From Paraspadella gotoi (Eukaryota > Animalia > Chaetognatha): a stretch of DNA of 64,000 nucleotides. Shown here one piece after another: positions 40,561 through 54,233 of the stretch. The notes under the pieces were generated by a model. That model saw only the letters and a program-made list of their open reading frames with translations, was not told the DNA's origin and searched no databases. The stretch spans positions 683,682-747,681 of the forward strand of contig CM119266.1 in NCBI GenBank assembly GCA_051294375.1. The letters are read 5' to 3'. The position numbers were made by a program, and so were the translations under genes. The stretch's first letter is position 1; every line of letters begins with the position of its first letter.

Positions 40561-40603
<43 letters not shown>

Positions 40604-40679
40604 CAGAGGATGATACTATTTTAAAAACCTGTTTCCTACGAAAATTATTTAAGTATTATGTTGCGTCCACAGTATTATT

Positions 40680-40985
40680 GTTTGACTAAAGCGGGGACTT
40701 CCTGAGATACCCGGAGCGCGTGCTATGTTACTAACTGGCTTACGGGGCCGAGACCCTCGGAGACTGCTTATTATAGAGAAGGGCGGACGGAGCAGGGCGT
40801 CAACCTTTTACAGGCTTATTATAGAGAAGGGCGGAGGGAGCAGGGCGTCAACCTTTTACAGCCTACAGGCTTATTAAAAGCGGTCCCCTCATATTTAAGC
40901 GAGAACCGGGGTGACCAAGGTTTGAACTCGGGTCGCACGAATGAAACGAGATGATTTAGTGATTGAGACCAAAAGTCGTCACGCC
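40680..40985 (-). mobile_element. Possible tRNA-derived SINE with an internal ~49-bp tandem duplication
   Basis: The minus strand has a tRNA-like 3' half, cgtgcgacccgagttcaaaccttggtc (B box GTTCRANNC). ttattatagagaagggcgg..ggagcagggcgtcaaccttttaca is duplicated at ~40768-40862. The A box is poor. Confidence 0.3.
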
Positions 40986-41787
40986 ACTTATGACAATTTT
41001 TAAAAATCAAGTTTAAGAGAGAGTTTCTTTCTTAGCAAACAACGATTGTTTATTTAGAGAAAGAAAAACGAACATGTTTCGACTCTTATTTTCCGAGTCT
41101 TCGAAAGCGCGTAAAGTTTGGAGCAAAGAATTGAGAAAGGTGAGGACAGCTGAGGAGGGGGGGGGAGAGAAGATATGACAGGGAATCGAAGGGAAATGAA
41201 AAAAGGTCAGTTGGGATAAAGAATGGACAATTTGGACATTATTTGAAAAAAAATTTAATGTAATCATAAATCAAAAGACTAAAAAAATAAGTAAAGTAAA
41301 AGTTTTTTTAACTAAATTGGTGAAAATTGGAATAGTAAAAAAGTGAAATAGATAGGATTGGGAAACAATAAAAATAAAAATTGAAGATTAAAAAAAAAAA
41401 ACTCAAAATAGAGCTGCCCCTCCCTTGGTGGGACAAAGGAGAGGCTTGACCTTTGGTCTCGGGTCATTGGTGGGTCAAGGGCTCTGACTCTGAGGATAGT
41501 GATCTTTGTTTTTTTCTCTAAATAAAAAATCGTTTTTTGTTAACAAAGAAACAAAATCTGCCAACGCAAAAGAAAGTTTAACACAAGTAAAATAAAGTTT
41601 TAAAGAAGCTAATCATTGTCTATTATCTTTGCAAATCTTATAGAAAAAAAACACGGAAGAAAGAAAGATGAACAAGAGGGAAAGTAAAAGTTATAAGGAT
41701 AATATAAAAAAAAAGATATTTTAAAAAATCATTGAAGGGATTAAGATTAACTTTATTAAAAGAAAAATATTTTGCCTTTTGCTTTAG

Positions 41788-41909
41788 ATTTCATGGATGG
41801 ATCGAATTGCGGCGACGGACAATGGATAGATGGCGCTGTGGTCTACTCTCACGCAGCCGCGTTGCATAAATACTACAAGAGCAACATCAACTGCAGAATC
41901 ACCTTCAGG
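41788..41909 (+). CDS. Isolated internal exon encoding the start of a CUB-like domain
   Basis: Strong acceptor (tttgccttttgctttag) and donor (agg|gtgagt). Reads FMDGSNCGDGQWIDGAVVYSHAAALHKYYKSNINCRITFR, matching the CUB pattern CG..G.(I/V).S...Y..N..C.I.F. Confidence 0.65.
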
Positions 41910-41917
41910 GTGAGTTC

Positions 41918-41962
<45 letters not shown>

Positions 41963-41965
41963 GAG

Positions 41966-42003
<38 letters not shown>

Positions 42004-42004
42004 C

Positions 42005-42044
<40 letters not shown>

Positions 42045-42185
42045 AATTACGGAAACATTGCGTCAAAAGACCCAAAGTCAAATGAGGCGGAAAATTTTCA
42101 TCTTCAAATTCTCTAAGTTGGTAAACAAGGAAGGGAATTTGCTTACTGGGCGAATTCCGACTTTATGCCGCCCGGATAAACAGTT

Positions 42186-42311
<126 letters not shown>

Positions 42312-43070
42312 ATCAGTAACTACCTATTCCTGGTTCTCTTCATTGTCTTTCCGCCGATGTTCTTCTTTTTTTTCCTTTCGCTTCCATTTCGTTTTATGAT
42401 CTCCTCCGCCGCCGACGCCGGCCGCCAGGGGCGCTTTGAGGACGGCGGACATGACGAGAATCTCGATTTTAAAAGTGGCGGCGTTGGAGCTGCGTAGGAG
42501 TGGCGAAGGAGCGAAGAAGGAAAGCTTGTAGGAGCAAAGAAATGAAGGATTCGACGTGGGAGAAAGAGTTTTCAGAGTGGCAAGAGGTTGAGAGTGGCAC
42601 AACGGTAATAAGTGGCGATAGAGATTTGCCAGTGAGTGGGGAAGAGTGGCGATTAGAGAAAGAAACATCAGCGGAAAGAAAGAAGAATTAAAATCGTGCG
42701 AAGGTTTGCGTCGGCGAAATGAAAGTACGAGACAGAGTGACAGACGATTCTGCCGGGGCGACTGATTAGCGAAAGAGAAAACGGAGAAGCGAAAGATAAA
42801 AGAAATCGAGGGTCAGTTTATATCTCTTATCTTTTCCTTTTAAACTTACTCTACCTAAGCTAAGACTGTTTATCAGGACATTTAAACTATTTAAACTATC
42901 AACTATTTTCAATATTTTCAATGTTTATTGTCAAAAATCGGAATGAAAACGAACGTGTGATACATCGAGCAATCGTTTTTGTTTTTTTCTATCCCCCATT
43001 TAAGTAAATCTTTAAATCTTTACCACCAGTCCCCACATCCCCTCCCCACATCTTTCCCCTCTTTTCCTCT

Positions 43071-43710
43071 TCACTCGATCCTAATGTCCGCGCAGCCGTA
43101 AAACTGCTCCTGCGGTCCGCAGCCGGTGCAGCACCTTCCCCCGGCGCAGCCCCAAGTGTTTCCCGCGTTGTACTTCCATTGAAGGACGCAGTGAGAACAC
43201 TTGAGTCCCGGGGGAAGCTTCACGCTGGTCGTCCACCTTCCCTTACGCCAGGTGTCCACCTGAGAATGGGGGTTGGGGATTGCGGGTGGTTTTGTGAATA
43301 AGCTATACTAATTAACGTGTCTGGTATATATATAAAATGGAAATATTAACGAAAGGTGTTTAAATGATTCTTTTGCGTCGAAAAAAAATAATAATAAAAA
43401 AGTTACAAAAACCTTATACCGATAAAAGAGAAAAAGTTCTTTTGACGTTGGTAGCTTCGGTAATCGTTAATGGTGATTAAATAGAGATTAGAAAATGTAA
43501 ATTAAATAGAAAGGTCGGGAAAGAAAGAATAGATAAAAAGGAAAAAAAGGTAAGAGAAGGATAATCGGCGGACAATGGTGGATTAGGAAAAAGATTAGCG
43601 AGGATTAGAGCGGGGAAGAAGTTCGACTTTGTTTCACTGGAAATGTGAAGAAGAGTTTTAATCAGTTTCAAGAAGCTAGAGAAAAAAGCACTAACCACTG
43701 TCATATTAAC

Positions 43711-43747
<37 letters not shown>

Positions 43748-44322
43748 TCTCTTTCTCTCTCATCTCTCTCTCTCTCTCTCTCTCACGATCTCGAAATAAC
43801 TTTATCACTGTCTCTTTTATTACTTTCTGTGACTATTCCAATGACTCATTACAACCATCGATTCAAACCTTGTACTTGGTTCCACTTCCATCAGCCAATC
43901 TCAAGGGTTTGAAGCACTCAGGCTCGGCTCGCTTCTTGGGATCGTTGGTTGGGCAAATGCTGTACTCCATCCATCCTTTGTGGTTGGTAGTGATCATGGC
44001 CACGACCTGGATGCAGAAGAGAGGGGAGGAGAGAGAATTGGAGACAGAGAGAAAGAGAGAGAGGAAAACAAATTTAAAACAATGAAAACGCAACAAAAAT
44101 CAATCGCCTTCTATGTATAAATCAATACGGAATAACGTTAATCTAGTTTAGTTAAAATTTCGTTCACAGAATAAGTTTTAAAAGAGAGAAAATGGCCCCC
44201 GAAAAAAAAGGTTGATGGAACTGGCACCGCCAAGGACATTGATGGATGGTCATTGGAGATGATGAAAGGTCAAAAGAGGAACCGAAAAGGGAAAAGATCT
44301 TCTCAATCGCCCATTCGGGTTT

Positions 44323-44375
<53 letters not shown>

Positions 44376-44403
44376 TCTCTCTCTCTCTCTCTCTCTCTCT
44401 CTG

Positions 44404-44443
<40 letters not shown>

Positions 44444-45128
44444 CTCGGGACGGCTGACGCTGAGCTCCACTTGGGAAGGCCTTACCTTTTTTTTTCCCGT
44501 TTTTCTTTTTTTCTTCTTCCCTACACTTTCCTTTTTTTCTTACTCCTCTTCCTTTCAACCCTTGTGTCTTGGCTCAAATCCCCATTCGGTCAGAATATCA
44601 TCGGCTCCATTCGACCACAATTTTGGCCCTATTTTCCGAAATCGTCCCATTTCTGATCCTAATCCAGGAACTTAATTTTAACCATAATATCTTACGCTAA
44701 TCTATAAAACTAAAAACCAACTTAATTCTGAATTTAATCTAAAATGGGGCGCTTTTTGAAAATTATCGCAAAATAATACCCAATTCCATTACAAAAAAAA
44801 TGAGAGATGATTAATTTAGTTTTTCTCTCACTTTTCACCGAGAAATAGCAAACTCGCCGTCTTGTATTCTCACCTTACCTTAAAACCCAACCCCCCTTTT
44901 CCTCACCTCGATGGTCTGTCCGGACTTGTAAGTCTTGACGATGGTCCCCGTGCCCCACTTCCCTCCCGCCTCGTGAGGCCGGGGATGAGGGTGATCCCAG
45001 GCGTCGCGCCGCATTCATCCCAAGTTCCTTTGATGCTGAAATCCGCCGCAGTAGCATTGGTTGTCGTTGTAGTCGGGGGAGTCTTGAACCCGTACCTGGG
45101 GTGGGGGGAAGGGAGGGAGAGAGAGAGA

Positions 45129-45181
<53 letters not shown>

Positions 45182-45363
45182 ATTTCTCCTCACTTCCTCT
45201 CACTTCCTATCCTAAATTGCAATCACTTCGGCTTATTCCGAGTTTCATCTCACCTCCAGGCAGACGCTCTGCCGGGCGGCTTCTCCATGTAACCGTGACC
45301 GCAAACGGTCGCTAGGAGACAGAATCCGAGAAAGACGCAAGACAAAATGGCGGAAGACGCCAT
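43071..45363 (-). CDS. AA15-type lytic polysaccharide monooxygenase (chitin-binding type-4 domain), secreted, 4 exons; exon 2 disrupted in this assembly
   Basis: Exons 45363-45254, 45095-44907, 44006-43869 and 43259-43071. Signal peptide MASSAILSCVFLGFCLLATVCG, then His1 HGYMEKPPGRASAWR; also YNDNQCYCGG, DAWD..PRPHEAGGKWGTG, TNHKG, LPPGLKCSHCVLQWKYNAGNTWG and GCGPQEQFYGCADIRI. Confidence 0.92.
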
Positions 45364-45445
45364 CTTTGTTATTATACTTTCTTTTTATTTATTATTAAAG
45401 TGAAGGAAAAGATCGGAAGACGAACGAAAGGAAAGATCATCAACC

Positions 45446-45452
45446 TTTATAT
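45446..45452 (-). promoter_or_regulatory. Candidate TATA box of the LPMO gene
   Basis: The minus strand reads gggatataaagg about 85 nt upstream of the ATG. Confidence 0.35.
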
Positions 45453-45975
45453 CCCATCGATACAGCGGGGATAACTAAAGGGCTTCGCTTTTGTTGCCAT
45501 TTCTAATGCAATAACTGACCTATTAATTCCAATTTTAAACTGAGCTAATCTTCTCAGCTCTTTGGCTTCACAACCTGAGGAATTTGAGTCAAATACCATT
45601 GTGACATTGAATGAGAGATGGATTCATTCATTATTAAAACTCAATGACTGTAACGTGGGAAGAAAACTCGGAAAGCAGGGATTGTTATCGTCGTCGTCGT
45701 CATCGTCGTCATTGTCACTCGCTCACTTTATCTCATTGAGAAAAAAAATCACGATGAATCAAATGTTTGTTTCGCTTTAATTCTAATCGATGATAAAATG
45801 AAAACCAAAATATTTTTTTTCTGTTTTGACAAAGAATTTTATGTCGAAATTAATTTCGGTTAAAAAAAAACCAAATTTAAAAAAAATTCTGAAAAAAATT
45901 AAAAAACAAACGAAATCAAAATCAGAAGCAGAAGGATCAGCTGGAAACCTTCTCATGAAATGAGAAAGAAAGCTG

Positions 45976-45979
45976 AGAA

Positions 45980-46059
<80 letters not shown>

Positions 46060-46060
46060 A
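45976..46060. repeat. (AAAG)n microsatellite
   Basis: Tetranucleotide run; a (TTTC)n run lies at 48055-48124. Confidence 0.95.
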
Positions 46061-48054
46061 AAAATATAAAGAAATAAAGAAATGGAGAAAGAAAGAAAGA
46101 GATAGATCAAAAAAAGAAGCAAGAAAGAGGGAAAGAAAGAAAGTACAAAATAGAAGTATAGAAAAATAAAAAAAGAGCAACCGGAAGCTAAGGTTGAGGC
46201 TTCAACAAGATAAACGATCTTTCCACGACTTGGAAGAAAATTTTCTTTTTCGCAATTCAATCACAAAACGAAAAAAAAGGAAAATTAAAAAAGAAACAAA
46301 GAAGAAAAGTAAAACCAAAAAAAGGTTTTCTTTTCTGTCGCGTCTCTGATCCTTTTTATTCCAAAGTATGAACCGTTAATAAATATTTTTCTTTTTCAGT
46401 ATACAATATCCTGAGAACAACGTTTAACTTGAATAAAAAATCAAAAGAAAAAATTAAAAATAAATCTAAGGATAATTAATGGGATAATTCTATGAGAATG
46501 TATCTTTCTTATTATTAATTAATTAATTAAGAATAATTAAAGTTGTAAACAATTATGATAATTAAATCATTAATTATTAGGCTATTAAATGAACCTCAAA
46601 CATGATCATTTACCAATGTAAAAGAATAATATTAAACCTTCAGGGCAATAGAACCAAAAATTATCAAATCTTAATCAGAATACGACAATATGCAAATGAG
46701 ATTAAGGAACTCAATCTCATTTAAAATAATCCACAAATAAATCTGCTACAACTACAATAAAAAAAATGAAATCAGGAATGTAAATTAAAAAAAAAGAAGA
46801 ATCGCGGGAAAAAAAATTGCGAAACAAAAAGAAATGAAGAAAAAATCTCGAGTTGACAAGATTTACTTTCGCCGTCAACTCATCAGGAGTCATTTTGAGG
46901 GAGAGGGAGAGGGAGAGAGAGAGGGAGCGAGAGAAAGAGGGAAGAAGGGAGAAAGAATAGAAGCAGGAGAAGAGTCACGGGGGGAAGGGAGAAGAGGGAG
47001 TTGGTTAAAGGGGAAAGGTGGAAGAGATGAGAACTTAAAAGGGGAATGGGAGCAAGAGGGGGAGGGCAAGCAATGGAAAATAAAGAAAATGAGAAAATTT
47101 GACTAAATTAGGCTGAGAAGAGATAAAGAGAAGAGAAGAAATTAGAAAAGTTGTTGAATACACGGAGACAAAAGTCGCTCGGTTTAAAAAAAAAGATGTG
47201 TAAGAAATGACATTGCAAAAGATCAATTAAAATTAAAAAGAAAATAAAACATGAATCAAACTCTCATTCATATCAAATTATTGTATCTTTAATATATTTA
47301 TATCTCTTATTATTTTTTTCGACGTCATTTTAAAATATATTTTCTTTTTCTTTTTTAAAAATTTTTGAATCGTCTCGTTAAGCTTTTTTAATGGAAGTTT
47401 TAATTCTTTAAAATTATTTGTTTTTAATTCTTTCTTTTTCTGAGTATCACGAAAAAAATTTCTTAATTTGCTAAAATATTAAAAAAAAACCCCAAAAACT
47501 CTCGCCTTCTTCCCGAGGCCGTTTTCTTTTTAAAAGAGGCCAATAATTCCCAAATCGTTTTTCTCGCTCCACCCATTAACACGTTCTATTGCCCCTTAAC
47601 CCATTAAATTCACTCTTTTTTTTCTCAATGGGTCGTCAATGAAACTCATCCGGTTTAATTCAACGAGCTCAAGTTTAAAGCGACCAATCGCGATCACGCA
47701 TTCCATTAAATCGACCAATGGTTAAAATCGTTTCTAGGATTTGAACGAAAGCCTTTCGTTGCGCGAGGCCGACTTGGGCCTTTTAGCACGAAAGCGGACC
47801 GAATTAATCCAAGATTATAAACCACCGCGACCGGTTGGGTATGGCCGATTCCTTGCCCAACTAATTGAACCACCCTGGACGCTTTAAAGGGCATCGATTT
47901 TGAACTCACCCATCTCGGAATGGCCTTTCCTTCCACTCGCCCTTTCCCTTTTGTCCTTCCTCATACAATGGCGGATTTTTATGGTTGGGAATCTTCGCCA
48001 ATAACGACATCTTTTCAAATCTGAGAATTCGCGATCGCTTCAGTTTTTCTTCCT

Positions 48055-48126
<72 letters not shown>

Positions 48127-48650
48127 ATTAAACTTCGTCAACGATGTGACAAAGCCTTAACGATACATCCGAAATATCACCCTCATGTTGGCTTTTAATC
48201 TTTATTCTCTTTTTCGCAGCTTTATCCTTTAACCATTCTTTCATAGACGACTCTCCCTACAATTCTACTCTCACTTTGTGAGTTCTTTCTTCTTTATTTA
48301 TTATCATGCTGATCGCTTATTTCTTTCCCAAAATATGTTATTTAACAACATAAAAAGAGTATATAGATGTAGTATAAACTGCTTCATCCATTTTCTGATT
48401 TTGTCTTTTAACTTTCTTCCTCCATCCTACTTAGAAAACACTTCCCCCTCTCAACTCGTTCCTCCCTTTTCTTTTCCTCTCTCTTTTCTCGTTCACCCCA
48501 CTCCAAACTCCCCACTCCCCACTCCTCTCTCCCCACTCCCTACTCCCCAACCCCCAACCATTTCCGAACGATCAATTTCTATTCTCGACGTTACGTTTCG
48601 CCATTTTTACTTTCGGCAGAATTTCATGACGTTAACAAAGACCCAGGAGA

Positions 48651-48729
<79 letters not shown>

Positions 48730-49633
48730 TCCCTCCGGCTCTTTACCTTTTATGGCGACGGAGTGGATCTTCTTTTTCCCTCGAGACTGAGAGGTTCGGA
48801 GGAGGTAAAGGAGGAAAGGGAAAGTGCAAAGAAATAAAAGAGGTTTGGAGGAAAGAAGAAATAAAAGGAGAAAAGGAAAGAATAAGAATTAAGGAAACAA
48901 AAAAATAAATAGGTTTTGAGGAAGGAAGAAGGGAAAGGAAAAGAGGAAAAGATCAGAATCAAGGAAACAAAAAAGTAAACAAGGTAAAATAACAAAATCA
49001 GCTCAAAGATTTTTTCGGAAAAAATTCAAAAAGGCTTAAGGAACATTTCTGAACTTAATTTAACCATATAATCTAACTTTGATCTTTTACAAATCCTTAA
49101 TCTAATTTGCAATCCTAATCCCTAACCCTAACGCTAACCTTAATCACTAACCATATCCCCTTAAGGAAAGATAAGTGAAAAAATGGTGAAGAGCAGAGGA
49201 AGAAAGAAAACTTGACAGAGAAAGAAAAAGGAAAAGATTAAAGGAGTATGAGCAAGAAATAGGGGGGAGAAGGGAGTAGAATAGAAAGAGAGAGGAGGAG
49301 GAGCCGAAGGGAGAGAAGGGAGAGAGAGAAGATGAGAGAGAGAAGAGACGGAGTAGAAGAGGCGGAGGGCCCGAGAACGAGGGTGATGACGAAACGAGAG
49401 AGAGAGAGGAGGGGACGCGAGAGAGCAGAAGATGACGAAGAGAGGACGAGGAGAGAGAGAAAGAGAGCGGAGGAGGTGTTGTCGTATCGGTGGTGCAAAC
49501 AGAGCCGCGCCTTCGTAAATACAAGAGGGAAAATTGCGGGACAATTGAACAACTCACAGTCAACAAGAAGACGAGGATACTGGAATGAGTGACGCCTCAC
49601 CCCCGCTNNNNNNNNNNNNNNNNNNNNNNNNNA

Positions 49634-49684
<51 letters not shown>

Positions 49685-50927
49685 AGAGGAGGAGAGACGA
49701 ATGAGAGAGAGAGAGAGAGGCGAGAGTGGGAAGATAATTTGACATTACAGAGAGAGAAAGGAAAGTCGTCTTTATGAGGCTTGAGATGGGTCATGTGCGG
49801 CGGAAAGCGGGGAGCTCTTAAGGGAGACGTTGCCTAGGCTGTTCATTTAAATAATGTCGCTTCCGTGATAACGCGATCGAGAGCGCGATGGTGCAGATCC
49901 GAGATGAGGACCGGAGAGAGAGAGATGAGCCGATCGAGAGATGAAGGAAGGAGAACGCACCGGTACAGCGCCTGACGATTGAGAGGAGGAGAACGACGAA
50001 TAGAGATAGATGACGAGAGAGTAATGAGTCGGAGTGTTAGCTTTCAGCGTAAAATCGAAGTGTCGGTGTCCAAGTGGTATTGCAAACCAGAGTCCGCCCG
50101 CCTTTCGTAAATACAAATGACGGGAAAATTTGCTAGTGAACAATGTGACAACTTCACCTCGCCGTCACAAGAAAGCCGAGGATTCTGGAATGTCTGAAGT
50201 GGATCGCCGTCACCCGCCTACCCATTATGATAGGCCGGAACCAGTGTTGGAAAACTTAGAAGTTCTCTCAAATAAATAATGACTTTTTTTTAAAGTGATT
50301 AGTTAACCGAGATATGAAAAAATAAAAATAATGTTTAAAAAAATTACTTATTCAATAAGCGCCACGGAATAGCATTTAAGATTAAATTTATATACTATAA
50401 TAATAGTTTTTTTTAAAAAATTTTTTTTGAATTTTTCATATTATTTTGTTTTTAATGGATTCTGATTGTAAGGCTTTAAAAGTTTAGATAAAAGGTTATT
50501 AATTACAAATTTTTTTAAAATTTTTTTTGTTAATGATTAAAAAATTTTAAAAAAAAAAAAACTATTTTAAAATTCAGCCATGATGATGATGATTGATGAT
50601 TTTTTAACTTTTTTTTTTCTGTTTTTTTAACCAATTTTCTTGTCAAAAATTTTTAAAAAATTGTACAGAGATAGCAAGTACTAACTTTCATTTAACTTTT
50701 CAAGCGCTTATAGGAATCCGTTCTATAAAAAACTAATTTTTTAAAAAAAATTTGTCATTTGTTATATATTAATAAATATTTAAAAGCTTCAGTGACAACA
50801 ACCCAATGAACTAATTCAAAAAGTTGCATTGAAAAATCGATTTAGTAATTAGAAGGAAAAGATTTTTTTTGTGAAGAGAATTAAAAGTTTTATAAAAAAC
50901 CGTGTTTCAATATTTGGCCCCCCGCTC

Positions 50928-52273
50928 TTACCCATTATTCTATTACTTTAATAGCAGCGTGCAGCCGGCCGCCGCCGCCGATGGCTTTTAATTTCTATGT
51001 TCTTTTTGTTTCTTTTGTTTTCTTTCGCGAGGTGTCTCTGCTGATTTGGCGACACTTCTTTCCTTCTTTGATTGTCTCGGTCTCTATCTGACTTTTTTTA
51101 ATAAAACGCGGTTGACTCTGTCTCATGAGAAGAACATCTCTTTCACTAGAATAAAAAATAAATAAATAATTGCGGAATAATCCAATACATATATTTTTAT
51201 TATTCCGTTATTTCTTTCGGTAAGTGTATGTATGTATCTCGTTTTTCAAAAAAAAGTCAAAATATACATCATGCAAAAAGATTCGTAGGGAAATTCAATA
51301 TTCATCGATAATTAATCGTTTTTGATTGAAATGCTCTAAATATGATAAAAACATTAAAGGCAAATTTGATATGAGAAGCGTTGACGGTGAAGAATAGAAA
51401 ATGAGTTACATTTAATAAACAGAATAATAAGGACTCGATCAAATTTTCTGGAATTTTATTCAAGAAATGAAATGAAAAAATAAGAACAAATAAGGAAAAC
51501 CTTTTAGAAGAGATAATGGCATTAAAAGTTTTGGAAAAGCTTTTTTAAAGAAAAAAACTTTATGGCAAAAGAGCGGAAAAAAGTGAGACACAAAATACGC
51601 CTCTCTGTTTTGGAATTAAGAAAAAGTGTAAGTAAATAAATAGGTTTCTATAGTTCAGTTTTTAAGGAGCTCAATTTAATAAATACTATAAAGTAAAAAA
51701 AGGAATTAAACATGTAAAAAGCAAATCCGTAATGGACGAGACGAGTAATAGAATCGTTGATATTTTATTTTTGACAATCAACTTTCGACGCTAATGTTTG
51801 TTTTTTTCTAGCGTCTAAATGAAAAAGTAGTATTTTGAAGATTTATATATATATATATATATATCTCGTTCATCGAAAAATTTGAAAAATCGGTCAATCA
51901 AAGTAAATGGCCCAATCTTAACTCTTCCCTCTCTCCCTCTCTTCCTCTCTCTCACTCTCCTCCCTCTCTCTCACTCTCTCTCACTCTCCCTCCCTCTCTC
52001 TCACTCTCTCTCACTCTCCCTCCATCTCACACTCTCTCGCGCTCACTCTCTCATTCTCTAGTTCCTGTCATTGATATCGTGTATGAAGCCATATGGTTGC
52101 GCAACTCTGCCAGTTTATCAACGCTGTTGACGGGGTGTCCTTTGTAGTTCGAGACAGCTTTGTATTTGTCGCTTCCTGTTGTCATGGAGACGATGTTGCC
52201 AGAATCCAGCAGACGCTGAAGGGAAAGGAAGACATCATGTCGATACACTATTTTGATATCTATCTCTCCTCTC

Positions 52274-52361
<88 letters not shown>

Positions 52362-53365
52362 AATCCAACTGACCTTTTATAAAAATTGTAAGTGAGATTT
52401 CCACAACACGCGTTTTGAATGTAAGTCCTTTGAAATATTTTTCCTTCGCAACACATTTCCGTCCCGGATTCATTAAACTTCGGCCGCAGCAAAACCTGGA
52501 GAGATATTGAAGTTAATAAAAGTTTGAGCGATTTTAAAATAAATTTAAATGGAAGTTGAAATTCGGCATGCGTAGTTAAAACAGATTTAAGATTTAAGAT
52601 TTAAGATTATTTATTCAATTCTAACACAAAATCAAATAAAAAAAAACTGCCGTAAATCCGACCACGACAATTCGTCTCCCGACAATAAACCCCAAAGTGA
52701 ACAAAAACAACAAAGTCAACGATAACAAAGATGACGGAAGAGAGTAAACAAAACAGAAAACGGAGGAACCAATAAAATAGCGACAAAGAGGCATAAAAGA
52801 TGGCGACCCCGCCCGCCGTGTCAAACTCTGCAAATAAACATCGCGCGACAAAAAACTCGTATAAAACACTTTTGTCATAAAAACGGCCCATTTTGACGGT
52901 GGGCGTGGCCCGCGCAGTTTTTGGCCGACATGAGAAAAGAGGGGGGTGAGTGTGTATTCGTAACTCTCATACTGTGATCTGTGAATTCGTCACTCTATAA
53001 GTAAAAAAACATGGCTTTTCTAGTCGTGTCGTCATTAAACTCGCGACGCTCCTTCACTCAAGGATCTCACATCTCGCACGCGTGTTTTCATAACCCTTTC
53101 GGGTAACATATGAGTTTTAAAAAAAAACAGATACAAAATTGTAGTTGTTGTCACCCAATTAAAATTTTATTTTAATTTTTCTTCATTATTACTGATAATT
53201 AATAATTTTAAGTAATTGTATTGGAGTCGAAAGAAAAAAAATGTCCGAATCGTGAGGCCACAAAAATAGAGAGGATTCCTATGTTTGACTCCGCGTCTTT
53301 TATCTCTGGCTTCCGTGGGAAGAAAGCAAAAACCAGCTGCAAATGAGAGAGAGAGAAGAGAAGAG

Positions 53366-53425
<60 letters not shown>

Positions 53426-54192
53426 AGAGAGAGAGAGAGACTGACAAATCGTAAAGGAGACTAACCCCGGGCTCAAGCTTTGAGAGTTCTTCTCTGAATG
53501 GAGAGGCGGAAAAGAAAGATATTTTTTGGAGGCGATTCGGGGGGGGGGAAGATGAGGCGGTGGAAGGGGGGTGGGTAAGGAAGGGTGATGGAAAAATAAA
53601 CTAGAGTTGGGTGAACACAGGATCGCAGAGAATACGATTTGATTTCTAAAAGGCTTCTTTGATCTAACGTTAATTAATTACGGCGCCGAGAATTTTATTT
53701 TTCAGTATCTAGATGATAAGTTATAACCATTAAAACTAATATTAAACATTCAGATTTTTTCTATCTTCTAGACATAAAAATTCCCCGTTAGTTTCTGCGC
53801 TCAGGGCCAAGGCGGAGTTTGGCCCACGGACTCCGACTTCTCGCCTCGATTTAAAAATAAACGGAGAGCGAAAAGTCGTTAGAATATCGGCGATGTGTGA
53901 GAAAGTAAGGCCGAGTAAAAAGGTAAGGTCGATTTTAGGCCAAGAAAAAGTTTGGAAAAAAAATCGAATCTCTTTTAGAAATCAAAAATTAAATATTTAT
54001 ATTTTCACAAATTCCATCTGAGCTTTCACGTTTAGTTACGAAAATGAATAAATTAAAAACCTTTTTTAAAAAACGATCATTAACCACATGATTTTGAGCC
54101 CAGAGTACAGGACTCTGGGAGTCCTGGACTCGGCGCCTCGAAATCCCGACTCTAATCCCTCAGCTTCGTCGTCGTCGTCGTCCGTCGGTCGT

Positions 54193-54233
<41 letters not shown>

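Noticed and set aside
42398-42530. GC-rich patch as the next exon of the CUB-like gene
   Set aside because: The phase-0 reading after the candidate acceptor gives no CUB-like sequence and soon reaches a stop.
47681-47720. Two cgaccaat (CCAAT) boxes 31 bp apart as a promoter
   Set aside because: No associated gene start could be identified, and short motifs arise by chance.
49110-49150. ccctaaccctaacgctaacc as an interstitial telomere
   Set aside because: Only two perfect units within a degenerate hexamer tract.
49440-50225. Diverged repeat pair either side of the 49608 gap
   Set aside because: The indel-dominated differences and the adjacent 25-N gap point to overlapping raw-read fill, not biology.
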